Numbered from the stretch's first letter, positions 1 to 9,169 are shown. The stretch is DNA of 34,773 nucleotides from an uncultured Candidatus Saccharibacteria bacterium (GCA_964526025.1 CAZGLJ010000001.1:1-34773), one strand, 5' to 3'. The notes: generated from the sequence alone by a model not told the origin. Numbers and translations are program-made.

Positions 1-1451
1 ATTAAATCTTTATGCAAATTTTCAATGTATTCAATAAATTTTTTCTCAACTTCCTGCATCCCTTCTGGCTTGAATTTGGCAAAATAATCATTTAGGGCTG
101 CGTACAAAACCAAAACCTGTTTTTCAAAACTCATTGGCGCCAAGTCAGACTGCTTTAAAATTTCTGTTACAATCCTCCCTTTATTTATTCTCTGTTTTGT
201 AGTTTCGTCAACGTCCGATGCAAACTGAACGAATGTCTGCAATTCTCTAAATTGCGCTAATTCCAATCTTAATTTACCGGCAACCTTTTTCATTGCTTTC
301 GTTTGCGCTGAAGAACCGACACGGGAAACCGATAAACCGACATTAACAGCCGGCCTCATCCCCCGGTAAAACAAATCTGACTCTAAATAAATCTGCCCGT
401 CTGTAATTGAAATAACATTTGTTGGGATATATGCTGTGACATCGCCAAGCTGTGTTTCAATAATTGGCAGAGCAGTTAAACTGCCGCCTCCTTTTTCTTT
501 TGAAAGTTTAGCTGCCCTTTCCAATAATCTTGAATGCAAATAAAATACGTCTCCAGGGTATGCTTCTCTTCCCGGCGGCCTGCGCAAAAGCAAAGAAATC
601 TGCCTGTATGCCCAAGCGTGTTTTGACAAGTCGTCATAAACTACAACTGCATCTTTTCCTTTGTCGCGAAAATATTCCCCAATGGCAGCTCCCGCAAACG
701 GGGCTAAATACCAAAATGCCGCAGGTGTTGAGGCAGAAGCCGAAACAACAATTGTGTAAGCAAAGGCATTGTTGTTTTTTAGTGTTTCAACAATTTTGGC
801 AACTTTTGATTCTTTTTGGCCAACTGCAACATAAATGCAAATCGGCGGATTTTTTGGATTATCCTGAATTTGGTTTATTATCATATCCAATGCAACTGCT
901 GTTTTTCCTGTCTGCCTGTCGCCAATAATCAATTCTCTCTGTCCCCTGCCAATTGGGATCATTGAATCAATTGCTTTAATTCCTGTGTGCAAAGGAGAAT
1001 TTACAGATTCTCTGTCAATTACGTTTGGCGCATCGTTTTCTAATAAATTAAATTGCGGTTTTTCTTTTTCTGAAAACAGCGGCCCTTTGCCGTCAATTGG
1101 GTTTCCCAGCGGGTCTACCACCCTGCCAAGCAATTGTTCGCCAACTGGAATGCTCAAAAGTTGTTTTGTCCTTTTAACAGTGTCTCCCGATTTTATATCG
1201 GCGAAATCGCCTAAAACCAAAGCTCCCACAGAATCTTCTTCCAAGTTCAGCGCCACCGCCCTAATTTTGGCGGAAGACGGGCTTCCGCTGGTTTCGACTT
1301 CCAAAACTTCCTGCGCCTGCACATTTAGAAGCCCTGATATTTTTAATATTCCGTCTCCAACCTCCACAACCTTTCCAATTTCCTCCCATTCTGGATTATC
1401 TTTATAGCCTTCTATGGCCTGCTTAATTTTTTCTATAATTTCTTGTGACAT
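1..1451 (-). CDS. atpA: F0F1 ATP synthase subunit alpha; the 3' end runs off the window, so it is absent from the ORF track
   Basis: I translated the minus strand from the ATG at complement 1449-1451: [16 protein letters not shown]... It contains the Walker A motif GDRQTGKTA and ...[21 protein letters not shown]. It follows atpH in canonical operon order. Confidence 0.93.
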   Translation of the reverse strand, partial: MSQEIIEKIKQAIEGYKDNPEWEEIGKVVEVGDGILKISGLLNVQAQEVLEVETSGSPSSAKIRAVALNLEEDSVGALVLGDFADIKSGDTVKRTKQLLSIPVGEQLLGRVVDPLGNPIDGKGPLFSEKEKPQFNLLENDAPNVIDRESVNSPLHTGIKAIDSMIPIGRGQRELIIGDRQTGKTAVALDMIINQIQDNPKNPPICIYVAVGQKESKVAKIVETLKNNNAFAYTIVVSASASTPAAFWYLAPFAGAAIGEYFRDKGKDAVVVYDDLSKHAWAYRQISLLLRRPPGREAYPGDVFYLHSRLLERAAKLSKEKGGGSLTALPIIETQLGDVTAYIPTNVISITDGQIYLESDLFYRGMRPAVNVGLSVSRVGSSAQTKAMKKVAGKLRLELAQFRELQTFVQFASDVDETTKQRINKGRIVTEILKQSDLAPMSFEKQVLVLYAALNDYFAKFKPEGMQEVEKKFIEYIENLHKDL

Positions 1452-1457
1452 TTTTGC

Positions 1458-1829
1458 TTATTTAAATATATTTTGTAATTTTTTTTGCATTGATAAATCC
1501 AATTGATCGTTGTTTATTATTATTTTTATTCCAGCTATCAAATCTTTATTGATTTTTTCGTCAACAATGTCGCCTTTTTGCATTATAGAGTCTAACAATT
1601 CTTTTTGTTTGGGTTTTATTCTTCTGGCAGTTTCAACAACAACTTTTCTTCTGCCTGTCTTTTTGATAAACAAAGCTTCGGCCAAAGCAATAATTTCTTT
1701 TGCTTTGCCAATATCCCTGTTTTTTTCCAAAAATTCCAAAAAACTATCAACAATCTTTTTGTCTTCAACTTTTTTTTCTAACATTAAATCCGACAGCGCT
1801 TCTGCATAATTTTTTGCCTTATATTTCAT
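1458..1829 (-). CDS. atpH: ATP synthase subunit delta (OSCP-like), a short 123-aa form
   Basis: It sits between atpF and atpA. The C-terminal pattern (VVVETARRIKPKQKELL...LIAGIKIIINNDQLDLS) is delta-like. It is shorter than typical ~180-aa delta subunits. Confidence 0.7.
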   Translation of the reverse strand: MKYKAKNYAEALSDLMLEKKVEDKKIVDSFLEFLEKNRDIGKAKEIIALAEALFIKKTGRRKVVVETARRIKPKQKELLDSIMQKGDIVDEKINKDLIAGIKIIINNDQLDLSMQKKLQNIFK

Positions 1830-2331
1830 CTTGTTTTATATGAAAAATAGCTTTTTTAATCAACGCTTCGTCTATTTTATCCGGCTCTAATTCAATAGTT
1901 TTTACAATTGCCTTTTTTACCAAATCTGCTGCTTTATTTAAAACTGCCTTATTAGCTTCCTCCTGCGCTTTTGCGGCATTTTTCTTAATTTGCTCCATTA
2001 AATCTTTCTGATGCTCTTCTGCTTTTTTTGTTAAATCCTGCTCTAAGGTTTTGGCTTTTTGTTCTGTAGTTTTTATTATGTTAATTGATTCCTGTTCGGC
2101 TTCTTTTATTTTTTCTTTTCCAATAACATCAATTTCTTTTAATCTTACGTCTGCCTCCTCTGCCTTGTCTAAGCCCTCTTTTATCTTTGCATTCCTGTCT
2201 TTTATAACTTTTATTAGGGGCTTGTAAACAAAAAATGTCAGCACTGTCAAAAGTATGAAAAAATTAACTGCCTGGCTTAAAAACAGCCGCCAGTCTATTC
2301 CTAATTGTCCAAGTAATCCTGTTTCTTCCAT
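1819..2331 (-). CDS. atpF: ATP synthase subunit b
   Basis: One N-terminal TM helix followed by a long charged coiled-coil (K/E/A-rich). Located between atpE and atpH, overlapping atpH by 11 nt. Confidence 0.8.
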   Translation of the reverse strand: MEETGLLGQLGIDWRLFLSQAVNFFILLTVLTFFVYKPLIKVIKDRNAKIKEGLDKAEEADVRLKEIDVIGKEKIKEAEQESINIIKTTEQKAKTLEQDLTKKAEEHQKDLMEQIKKNAAKAQEEANKAVLNKAADLVKKAIVKTIELEPDKIDEALIKKAIFHIKQDEI

Positions 2332-2340
2332 TTTTGGTTT

Positions 2341-2571
2341 TTATGCGACGAATTTTACGATCAAAGCGATAACTAAAGCGTAAATAGCGATAGCTTCGGC
2401 AAAAGCAATGGCTAAAATTGCCATTGTCTGCACTTTTGAAGCGGCTTCAGGATTCCTGCCAATTGACTTTACGGCATTTGACCCTATCCAGCCGATTGAA
2501 ATTGCCGGAAATATTGCCCCCAACGCAATGGTTCCTGCAACCGCCAATATACGAACTGATTCTGCATCCAT
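2341..2571 (-). CDS. atpE: ATP synthase subunit c
   Basis: 76-aa two-helix hairpin with polar loop GRNPEAASK and a carboxylate Glu in helix 2 (AFAEAIAIYALV). Confidence 0.9.
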   Translation of the reverse strand: MDAESVRILAVAGTIALGAIFPAISIGWIGSNAVKSIGRNPEAASKVQTMAILAIAFAEAIAIYALVIALIVKFVA

Positions 2572-2576
2572 GGTGA

Positions 2577-2604
2577 AATTTTTAATTTTTAATTTTTAAT
2601 TTTT
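2577..2604 (-). repeat. Four tandem AAAAATT heptamers (minus-strand reading) ending 5 nt upstream of the atpE ATG
   Basis: The plus strand reads aattttt x4 at 2577-2604. A three-copy version occupies the same position before dnaG (32850-32870). Confidence 0.8.
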
Positions 2605-2679
2605 AAAGAATGGCGTAAAGGCCTGATTGTTTGAAAATTAAAAAATTAAAAAATTATTTATAAAATTAATAATTAAAAA

Positions 2680-3411
2680 TTAGCGCTGGTGTTCTGCTGT
2701 ATGCAATGATATTGAAACTAATGTAATCATTGCAAAAATAAATGCCTGTATCATTCCCACAAAAAGTTCCAGCATCAAAAACGGCAAGGGAATGACATAG
2801 GGCGCCAAAAAAGAAATAATCGTAAGCAACACTTCTCCGGCAAATACGTTTCCAAATAATCGAAAAGACAAAGAAACAATTTTGGCTATTTCAGAAATCA
2901 ATTCCAATATTCCTATGAAAAAATCGAGCGGCCCTTTGAAATTTAAAAATTTTCCTATGTGCTTAAATGTTCCGACAGCAGCCATTCCAATAATATTTGT
3001 CACAATTACAGAAATTACAGCAAACGCCAGCGTAAAATTTAAATCAGCAGCCGGAGAACGAAAAAGCGGCACCTCTTGACCGCCATTTTTAAACATCAAC
3101 GAACCCACACCAGGAAATATTCCTAAAAGATTTGAAGTTAATATAAAAATAAAAATCGTTGCAATTAATGGAAAATACTTTTCTGCTTTTCCCATAGACC
3201 CTAAAGTAGACTCCATCAAACCCAAAAGGCTCTCTGCCCCCATTTCGGCAGCTCCCTGTAATTTTCCTGGAACCATTTTAATCTTGCTTCGCAAAACAAA
3301 AGAAAAAGCTATTAAAACCAATGAAACAATCAAGGTCATTAACAACCCATTGGTTACGTTAAAATTTCCTATATTAAACAATTGTTGGGCTTTAAGCGAA
3401 ATTTCTTCCAT
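2680..3411 (-). CDS. atpB: ATP synthase subunit a
   Basis: Polytopic membrane protein with the conserved Arg motif SLSFRLFGNVFAGE. First gene of the atp operon. Confidence 0.9.
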   Translation of the reverse strand: MEEISLKAQQLFNIGNFNVTNGLLMTLIVSLVLIAFSFVLRSKIKMVPGKLQGAAEMGAESLLGLMESTLGSMGKAEKYFPLIATIFIFILTSNLLGIFPGVGSLMFKNGGQEVPLFRSPAADLNFTLAFAVISVIVTNIIGMAAVGTFKHIGKFLNFKGPLDFFIGILELISEIAKIVSLSFRLFGNVFAGEVLLTIISFLAPYVIPLPFLMLELFVGMIQAFIFAMITLVSISLHTAEHQR

Positions 3412-3513
3412 TTTTTAAAACTAAATAAAAAATAAATAAAAAATCAGGTTTTATTATACACCTATTTTATAAAAATCGCAATAGAAAAAATTTTAGACAA
3501 ACAGGACAAAATT

Positions 3514-3543
3514 AAAAACTCGGGGGCGCTCCCCCGAGTTTTT
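3514..3543. terminator. Rho-independent terminator hairpin with A-run and T-run flanks, so it could act in both directions
   Basis: aaaaa-ctcggggg-cgct-cccccgag-ttttt. It lies 10 nt downstream of the stop of the 3553..4266 gene and separates it from atpB. Confidence 0.8.
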
Positions 3544-3552
3544 AATTTTATG

Positions 3553-4266
3553 TTATTGTTTTTTTTCTTCCTCCTTCTTAGCTGAGTATATCCACCAAGT
3601 AACAAGAGCGGCCACAATCAAAGCTAAAATCAGCCAGCCTATCCAGTTAGAAAATAAAGCAGCAAGCCCAGTTTGGCCTACGGCCGCCGGCTGGTTGAGC
3701 GAAGTCGTTTCAACTTCCTCTATGCCTGTCTCTTCTGATGCAGGCTCTAATGGCTGCAACTCTGCTGTCTGCTCGGCATTCTGCACCGTACTTTGCGGAC
3801 CTGAAGTTGATGAGGCAATTGCAGTTATGTTATATGTTCCGGCGCTAGCGTTAAAGGCTACAACTGAACCCGAGCTTAAAACGTTAACGTCGCTAAAAGA
3901 CAAATTTGCCTGGCCCGCATTATTCCCCTTGACCGAAACTGTTAAAATATCCTGCAAAGATGTAGTGCATTTTGGAATACCTAAAATAAAATTGGGGCTG
4001 TTGCAGGTTGGAGCAGCCTGGACTAATATTCCCGATACAATAGTGATATTTTGACAGGTTAAATTATCAAAACTTAAAGTGCCCTTCACTACGCAAATTT
4101 CATTGCCTTGCGGGTCTGCCTGCACTAAAACATCAAATATTGTGCCAACATTTTTATTACCAGAAGCCGGCATCAACCACAACGTTCCATTTTCAGCAAA
4201 GGCAAATTGGCTAATGCCAATAACGCCGGCAATAATTAATAACGATAATATAATTATTTTTTTCAT
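3553..4266 (-). CDS. Membrane-anchored surface protein with a cohesin-like beta-sandwich domain (signal peptide, C-terminal TM helix and KKEEEKK tail)
   Basis: Signal peptide MKKIIILSLLIIAGVIGISQFAFA. The segment LWLMPASGNKNVGTIFDVLVQ...LSFDNL...VSVKGNNAGQANLSFSDVNVL resembles the cohesin pattern by eye. C-terminal hydrophobic helix WIGWLILALIVAALVTWWIY. Confidence 0.35.
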   Translation of the reverse strand: MKKIIILSLLIIAGVIGISQFAFAENGTLWLMPASGNKNVGTIFDVLVQADPQGNEICVVKGTLSFDNLTCQNITIVSGILVQAAPTCNSPNFILGIPKCTTSLQDILTVSVKGNNAGQANLSFSDVNVLSSGSVVAFNASAGTYNITAIASSTSGPQSTVQNAEQTAELQPLEPASEETGIEEVETTSLNQPAAVGQTGLAALFSNWIGWLILALIVAALVTWWIYSAKKEEEKKQ

Positions 4267-4279
4267 AAATTTTATATTT

Positions 4280-6958
4280 TTACTCGCCCCAGTGGAGCAT
4301 TAAAATAGCTAGGTCATATTCGTCGACTTTTTGGTCGTTATTTAAGTCAGCGGACATGGAAGGCCCAGCTTGTCCCCATGCAGCTGACATTAAAGCAAGG
4401 TCTTGTTCGTCTACGTTGCCATCGCGATTGATATCACCAATTTTTGCCACTGAAAAGACAACTGAAATTGTATGATTGCTGCTCACATCTGTAAAATTAT
4501 AAGACGCCACTGTTCCTACAGAAGAACCGTCAACAATCACATCAGCAATTTTATAAGCAATGTCAGGACTAATAGTAAATTCTTGATCGCTTAAATAAGC
4601 TACTAGTATAAGGCCAGAAGGACTTATAGAACCGCCTTCACTAACAGAAGCATCAATTGTATAGTAAGACGATATGCCTCCGCCTCCTCCGCCTGTTCCG
4701 CCGCCTCCGCCACCAACCGCTGAAAAACTAGCTGAAATTGTATGGTTAGCAGTAACATTGCTAAAAGTGTAAGATGCCACAGCTCCTACAGAAACGCCAT
4801 CAACCAAAACATCTGCTATCTGATAGCCGGAGTTTGGAGTAATATCAAATGTTTGGCCGTTTCCCTTATCCACGGAAACATCGCCTGAGGGTGCAATAGA
4901 ACCGTTTGAGCCGGCAGAAGCAGTAATTGTAAAAATCGCGGGATCGTCTCCGCCGCCTCCGCCACCAACCGCTGAAAAACTAGCTGAAATTGTATGGTTA
5001 GCAGTAACATTGCTAAAAGTGTAAGATGCCACAGCTCCTACAGAAACGCCATCAACCAAAACATCTGCTATCTGATAGCCGGAGTTTGGAGTAATATCAA
5101 ATGTTTGGCTGCTGCCAGAAGTAACAGATACAACCCCGTCAGGGCTGATAGAGCCGTTTGCGCCAGCTGAAGCTGTAATTGTAAAAGCTACAGTACCCCC
5201 GCAGCTGTCATTTAAAGCGCCTGGGGTACCTAGGTCGCCTAAGCCGTAAGAAGTTGTTGATATGCACCAGTTAGAACCGACATTGTTGTCTAAAGAGGGG
5301 CTATTCAAAATCATTGAGGCTCCATCAGTTAAAGGAAAACTGCTATCATATTCAACTCTATCTATTCCAGTGCTATTGCACTCTAAAATAATTTCATCGT
5401 TCGTATTATTTAAAGAAAAACCTGAATAAACGTAATCCGGAGTTATTCCTCCGTTCGTGGCTAAATTCGCACTTCTAGCTAAAACAGAATAACCAAGTGC
5501 CGGTACGGGCGGCATAAGAGACGTAATTGTATGTGAATTGCTACCATCGTCTCTTATAACGCAACTTGCCAAATCAATGGAGTTATTTGTTGTATTATAT
5601 ATCTCAAACCATTCTCCGGTAGCATCAGATGCAGCTGCTTTTGGGTTTTCCATTATTTCATTAATAACAATGTCTCCGGGTTGAGGCTGAATTGGCTGGC
5701 CTGGTTCAGGCTCCCTATGGCAAGCTTGGTCATACCAGTAAAAACCTGCTTCTGCGCAGTCTTCTTCGTTGTCAAAATCTTCAGGCTGGGGTTCTTGGGT
5801 GGAAAAGTGATTTACGAAATTATAATCTATTAAATTTTCTCCTTGAGATAAAGCTATATTGTATGAACTGCTATCTGGAAAGGTTTGGACCCATCCATCT
5901 TGATTCGTTTCTGAAACAACATACTCGCCTGCCTGCAATCCAGCAAAAGTATAGCAACCATCCATAGTTAGCTGGCTTCGCGGACCATTTTGCCCGCCAG
6001 TTAAATTTATCTCCCAACCAGACAGCGTCTCTTCCTCATCCTCAATCTCTCCGTTATTATTTAAATCATTGTATTTGCATCCTGAAATAGATCCGTATTG
6101 GCACATTTCTTGGGAAATCTGATTATAAATGCCAGATAGTCCATCGCCGTTTGGCGCATGATGATAAGTAGCTCCCGTAATATTAGCTATATTCTGCAGC
6201 ATTGTTTCGTTAATATCAGAATTTGTCCCTAATCCAATTGTAAATATTTTATATCCTAAATCAGCAGCTTCCCGGGCTTTTTGTTCAGCATATGCCACGT
6301 CTAATTGGTCTTCTCCGTCACCAGAGCCATTGGGCCTGTTTGCTTTGCCATCAGTTAAAAGAATAATAGTCTTAGTTGCTTGGGGATTTCCCCTTTCTGA
6401 ACCGAGTTCTGCCACGGCTTCTGCGATTGCGTCTCCAATATTAGTGTATCCTCCTGTGATAACTGCATCAATAGCTGATTTTGTTGCCTCGTGGTCAGAA
6501 GAAAGCGGCTTTATTAACTGGGCTGTATCTGAAAAAACAACAAGCGCTGATTGGTCTTGCGATTCTAAATTATCCAAAAAAGATTTGCCAGCTGTTTTAG
6601 CTGATTCAATCTTAGAAGACACCCCTGGAGTATAGGTTGTGGGAAAAAACTGAAAATTGGGCACGGATTCATCAAAAGAGTCCCTTGTATCAGCGCACCA
6701 TTCCTCAGAAATATTGTATTTTGTATTTAAAAACCAAGTGCTGCCGTCCTCGTATTCTTTAATTTCTGACCATTCGCATTTGCTAGGACTTCCACCCTGC
6801 TCCATACTGCCTGAAACATCAAGGACCATAGCTACGTCTGCGTCAACGGCGCAAAAGTTGCCATCTTCTGCAAAAACATTTGCAGGGAATAAAAAGCCGA
6901 TTATTAACACTTGAATAATCAGCCACGCTCTTATCGCAGTATTAAAAAATACCTTCAT
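4280..6958 (-). CDS. Secreted multidomain adhesin-like protein: vWA, SdrD-B/CnaB-like domain, lamin-tail domain (LTD), three InlB-B-repeat-like domains with poly-Gly linkers, C-terminal type I dockerin
   Basis: Signal peptide ...PANVFA/ED. MIDAS motif DVSGSM plus ILLTDG. SdrD-B-like CKYNDLNNNGEIE...GEYVVSETNQDGWVQTFP. LTD IVINEIMENP...GEWFEIYNTTNNSIDLASCVIRDDG. Three ~84-aa repeats FTITASAG.NGSI.P.G..SV...QTFDITPNSGYQIADVLVDG...HTISASF. Dockerin Ca-loop pair DINRDGNVDEQD and DLNNDQKVDEYD. Confidence 0.8.
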   Translation of the reverse strand: MKVFFNTAIRAWLIIQVLIIGFLFPANVFAEDGNFCAVDADVAMVLDVSGSMEQGGSPSKCEWSEIKEYEDGSTWFLNTKYNISEEWCADTRDSFDESVPNFQFFPTTYTPGVSSKIESAKTAGKSFLDNLESQDQSALVVFSDTAQLIKPLSSDHEATKSAIDAVITGGYTNIGDAIAEAVAELGSERGNPQATKTIILLTDGKANRPNGSGDGEDQLDVAYAEQKAREAADLGYKIFTIGLGTNSDINETMLQNIANITGATYHHAPNGDGLSGIYNQISQEMCQYGSISGCKYNDLNNNGEIEDEEETLSGWEINLTGGQNGPRSQLTMDGCYTFAGLQAGEYVVSETNQDGWVQTFPDSSSYNIALSQGENLIDYNFVNHFSTQEPQPEDFDNEEDCAEAGFYWYDQACHREPEPGQPIQPQPGDIVINEIMENPKAAASDATGEWFEIYNTTNNSIDLASCVIRDDGSNSHTITSLMPPVPALGYSVLARSANLATNGGITPDYVYSGFSLNNTNDEIILECNSTGIDRVEYDSSFPLTDGASMILNSPSLDNNVGSNWCISTTSYGLGDLGTPGALNDSCGGTVAFTITASAGANGSISPDGVVSVTSGSSQTFDITPNSGYQIADVLVDGVSVGAVASYTFSNVTANHTISASFSAVGGGGGGDDPAIFTITASAGSNGSIAPSGDVSVDKGNGQTFDITPNSGYQIADVLVDGVSVGAVASYTFSNVTANHTISASFSAVGGGGGGTGGGGGGISSYYTIDASVSEGGSISPSGLILVAYLSDQEFTISPDIAYKIADVIVDGSSVGTVASYNFTDVSSNHTISVVFSVAKIGDINRDGNVDEQDLALMSAAWGQAGPSMSADLNNDQKVDEYDLAILMLHWGE
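4445..5195 (-). repeat. In-frame tandem coding repeat with a 252-bp period and three copies; two copies share a perfect 161-bp block
   Basis: 4697-4857 is identical to 4949-5109 by direct comparison. The third copy (about 4445-4690) is diverged. Linkers are GGN-codon runs (poly-Gly). Confidence 0.9.
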
Positions 6959-6987
6959 AGTTGTTTTTGGGCCCGTTATCCCTCCCC

Positions 6988-7938
6988 TTAACGAACCTTA
7001 ATTAATTTACCAAAATTAATGCCTTTTTTTCTTAAAATATCAAACAAAATCGCTATAGCTAATAATATTCCTGCTAGGACAGCCCATCCAAAAGCTAAAT
7101 TTCCGCCTCCAAGAAAAGATACAGCAGAAATCCATGAACTGCCGCTAAAATATCCTATGGTAAAGCCAAAAGATTCTGATTGTATTTCCTTGCCGTTCAA
7201 AGAAACTTTAAGTTCTGCCCTATAGCTGCCGTTTTCCTGGCCTGTTGTTTGCCATTCTATTGGAGAGATTTCTTTAATAGCATAAGCCCTTGCCGCTTCC
7301 TCCCCCTCTGGATAAGGAAAAATTGCATTGTAAACAGTAGCTCCTAATTTGGTGATTTTTAGCTGTAAATCTGGTTTTACAGCAACATTGCCCTGGTTAT
7401 CATATAAAACCCTTATTTTTAACGGCTTTCCTTTCTGCACATCATACGTTGCTGGTATAAAACTCGCTTTAAGCTGGACAGTTTCTTTATCTGTCACAGT
7501 TATTATCACATCAAGACCTATTTGCTGTGAAACACTGACTGACGATTCATCGCTCTTAATTTCTCCGCCTGGAGCCAGAAATACCAATATTTCCCCTGTA
7601 TATTCGCCGTTAGGAGCGTCTTCAGGAATTTTAAATTTTACATTAACATTTACATATTTTTTAGCGGGCATCTTAATTTCTGTAATCGGATTTTCAAAAT
7701 TTGTGTCATCTGCACTATAAAAAGCTGCCCAATCGGCAACTTGTCCTTCGGCTTTTAGGCCGTAAGTTACTTCTTTGTCTTGTGAATTAAGCAAACTAAG
7801 CGTAGCTGATGTTTCTTGGCCCCTTAAAATATCTTTAACGATAATAGGCTCGGTTATCATTCCAATAGCAAAAACTGGCTGCACTGAAATAAAACTAAAT
7901 AATAAAACAATTATTGATAATAAAATTATTTTTTTCAT
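6988..7938 (-). CDS. Secreted protein with two Ig-like (CARDB/NEW3-like) beta-sandwich domains and a C-terminal TM anchor
   Basis: Signal peptide MKKIILLSIIVLLFSFISVQPVFA. The motif KFKIPEDAPNGEYTGEILVF is typical of CARDB/NEW3-type domains. C-terminal helix FGWAVLAGILLAIAILFDIL followed by RKKG. Confidence 0.4.
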   Translation of the reverse strand: MKKIILLSIIVLLFSFISVQPVFAIGMITEPIIVKDILRGQETSATLSLLNSQDKEVTYGLKAEGQVADWAAFYSADDTNFENPITEIKMPAKKYVNVNVKFKIPEDAPNGEYTGEILVFLAPGGEIKSDESSVSVSQQIGLDVIITVTDKETVQLKASFIPATYDVQKGKPLKIRVLYDNQGNVAVKPDLQLKITKLGATVYNAIFPYPEGEEAARAYAIKEISPIEWQTTGQENGSYRAELKVSLNGKEIQSESFGFTIGYFSGSSWISAVSFLGGGNLAFGWAVLAGILLAIAILFDILRKKGINFGKLIKVR

Positions 7939-8062
7939 GTTTTTATTTTTTATCTTTTATAGTACTTATTATCACAGCCAAAAATCCAAGTCAAGCCTAT
8001 TTGCAAATTTTTTATATTTTCCCTGGACAAGTTTCAAGCAATTTCGCTTAAAACCTCTCCAA

Positions 8063-8080
8063 GGGGCCCAAAAGGGCCCC
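8063..8080 (-). promoter_or_regulatory. GC-rich intercistronic hairpin just after the stop of the 357-aa gene; possible attenuator or mRNA stabiliser
   Basis: ggggccc-aaaa-gggcccc, a 7-bp all-G:C stem, 16 nt downstream of the 8096 stop. No clean T-run follows on the minus strand. Confidence 0.35.
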
Positions 8081-8095
8081 GAGACATTCAATCAA

Positions 8096-9169
8096 TTAAT
8101 CTGTGCAAGTTAAATGAGCAACCGAGCCAGCGGTCAAAGTCATTGTTCCTGTATACGATGCCCCTACATGTGTTGGCGGAAATTTGGAAATATCAATAGA
8201 GAAATCCATTTCATCTAATTCTGACAAATCCAATGGGTCATTTAGGGTTTTTGTTACTTCTGGAGAGTAATTCGCATACGAAGCAGCGCTTCCAACTCTG
8301 GCATCATATTTTACATTCCAGTTTCCGTCGGTTTTTCCCAAGCCCATGTCATCTTGCCAGACCCTCATTGCTAATCTTGTATTGCCAACGTTCCTCACAG
8401 AAGCAGGACCTTGATTCATAGGGCTCCATGTTTTATCACCGCTAATGATTTTATGAGTATTTAATCTAACATTGCCATAAACGACTTGGTTAAAGTCTGT
8501 TTCAAAAGCAGTCAAAGGAAGATAGGTAAAATGATTTCTCAATGTACCCTGCAAGCCATTATTGTCTTGCGCTACTGCCCAAACTTCATAGTCGCCAGAC
8601 GGATCTTCGTAAGAAATATCTTTTTGTCCGCAATAAACAGCTGCTGTATCTTTTTGTAATTCGCCTGTTTCTCCGCAGATTTCATCGTAGTTGTAACCTG
8701 TGTTGAAAGTTGGCAAATTATGATTTTGATTTCTTACGCTATCGCAGAAAAGCGCTATGCCTTCTGCTTTGGTTAGCCTTCTCAAGCTGTCTTCTTGCAT
8801 AAGTCCACCGCAGCCCTCTCCGCTTTGATCTGGCAATGCCACATGGCTAGCTCCTAAATCTACGTCCACCGGATAAAAAACGTCTGCATAAACAGCATTA
8901 ATATCCGCTAATCCATCTGGATCAGTTACCACAGCGCACATAGCAATGGTTTTGTTCTGGTCTTTCACGCCTGACGGCCTAAATTGAGCGCCAGCAGAAG
9001 TGGAATCATCAGTGTATCTGTCAACGTTTGCCTCCCACTTAGCTTTTACAATTGGGTTAGCTCCTCCACTGGTGTCTTGTGTTAAGCCGGTATTTATGGT
9101 GTCAGCTACAGCTAAGTTTGGTCCAGCAACCAAAGCAATCAACGCTAATATCGCAATTATTTTTTTCAT
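8096..9169 (-). CDS. Secreted hypothetical protein (357 aa), first gene of the surface-protein cluster
   Basis: Signal peptide MKKIIAILALIALVAGPNLAVA/DT. Long uninterrupted ORF with several Cys pairs. I recognise no family. Confidence 0.6.
   Translation of the reverse strand: MKKIIAILALIALVAGPNLAVADTINTGLTQDTSGGANPIVKAKWEANVDRYTDDSTSAGAQFRPSGVKDQNKTIAMCAVVTDPDGLADINAVYADVFYPVDVDLGASHVALPDQSGEGCGGLMQEDSLRRLTKAEGIALFCDSVRNQNHNLPTFNTGYNYDEICGETGELQKDTAAVYCGQKDISYEDPSGDYEVWAVAQDNNGLQGTLRNHFTYLPLTAFETDFNQVVYGNVRLNTHKIISGDKTWSPMNQGPASVRNVGNTRLAMRVWQDDMGLGKTDGNWNVKYDARVGSAASYANYSPEVTKTLNDPLDLSELDEMDFSIDISKFPPTHVGASYTGTMTLTAGSVAHLTCTD

Noticed and set aside
530-1407. Plus-strand ORFs 530..928 (132 aa) and 985..1407 (140 aa)
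   Set aside because: They lie antisense inside the clearly conserved atpA reading frame (Walker A and other motifs on the minus strand). They are low-complexity shadow ORFs.
4445-5195. Possible CRISPR array or non-coding satellite, suggested by regularly spaced identical blocks
   Set aside because: The 252-bp period is in frame within an 892-aa ORF and encodes Ig-like domain repeats. There is no short repeat/spacer architecture anywhere in the window.
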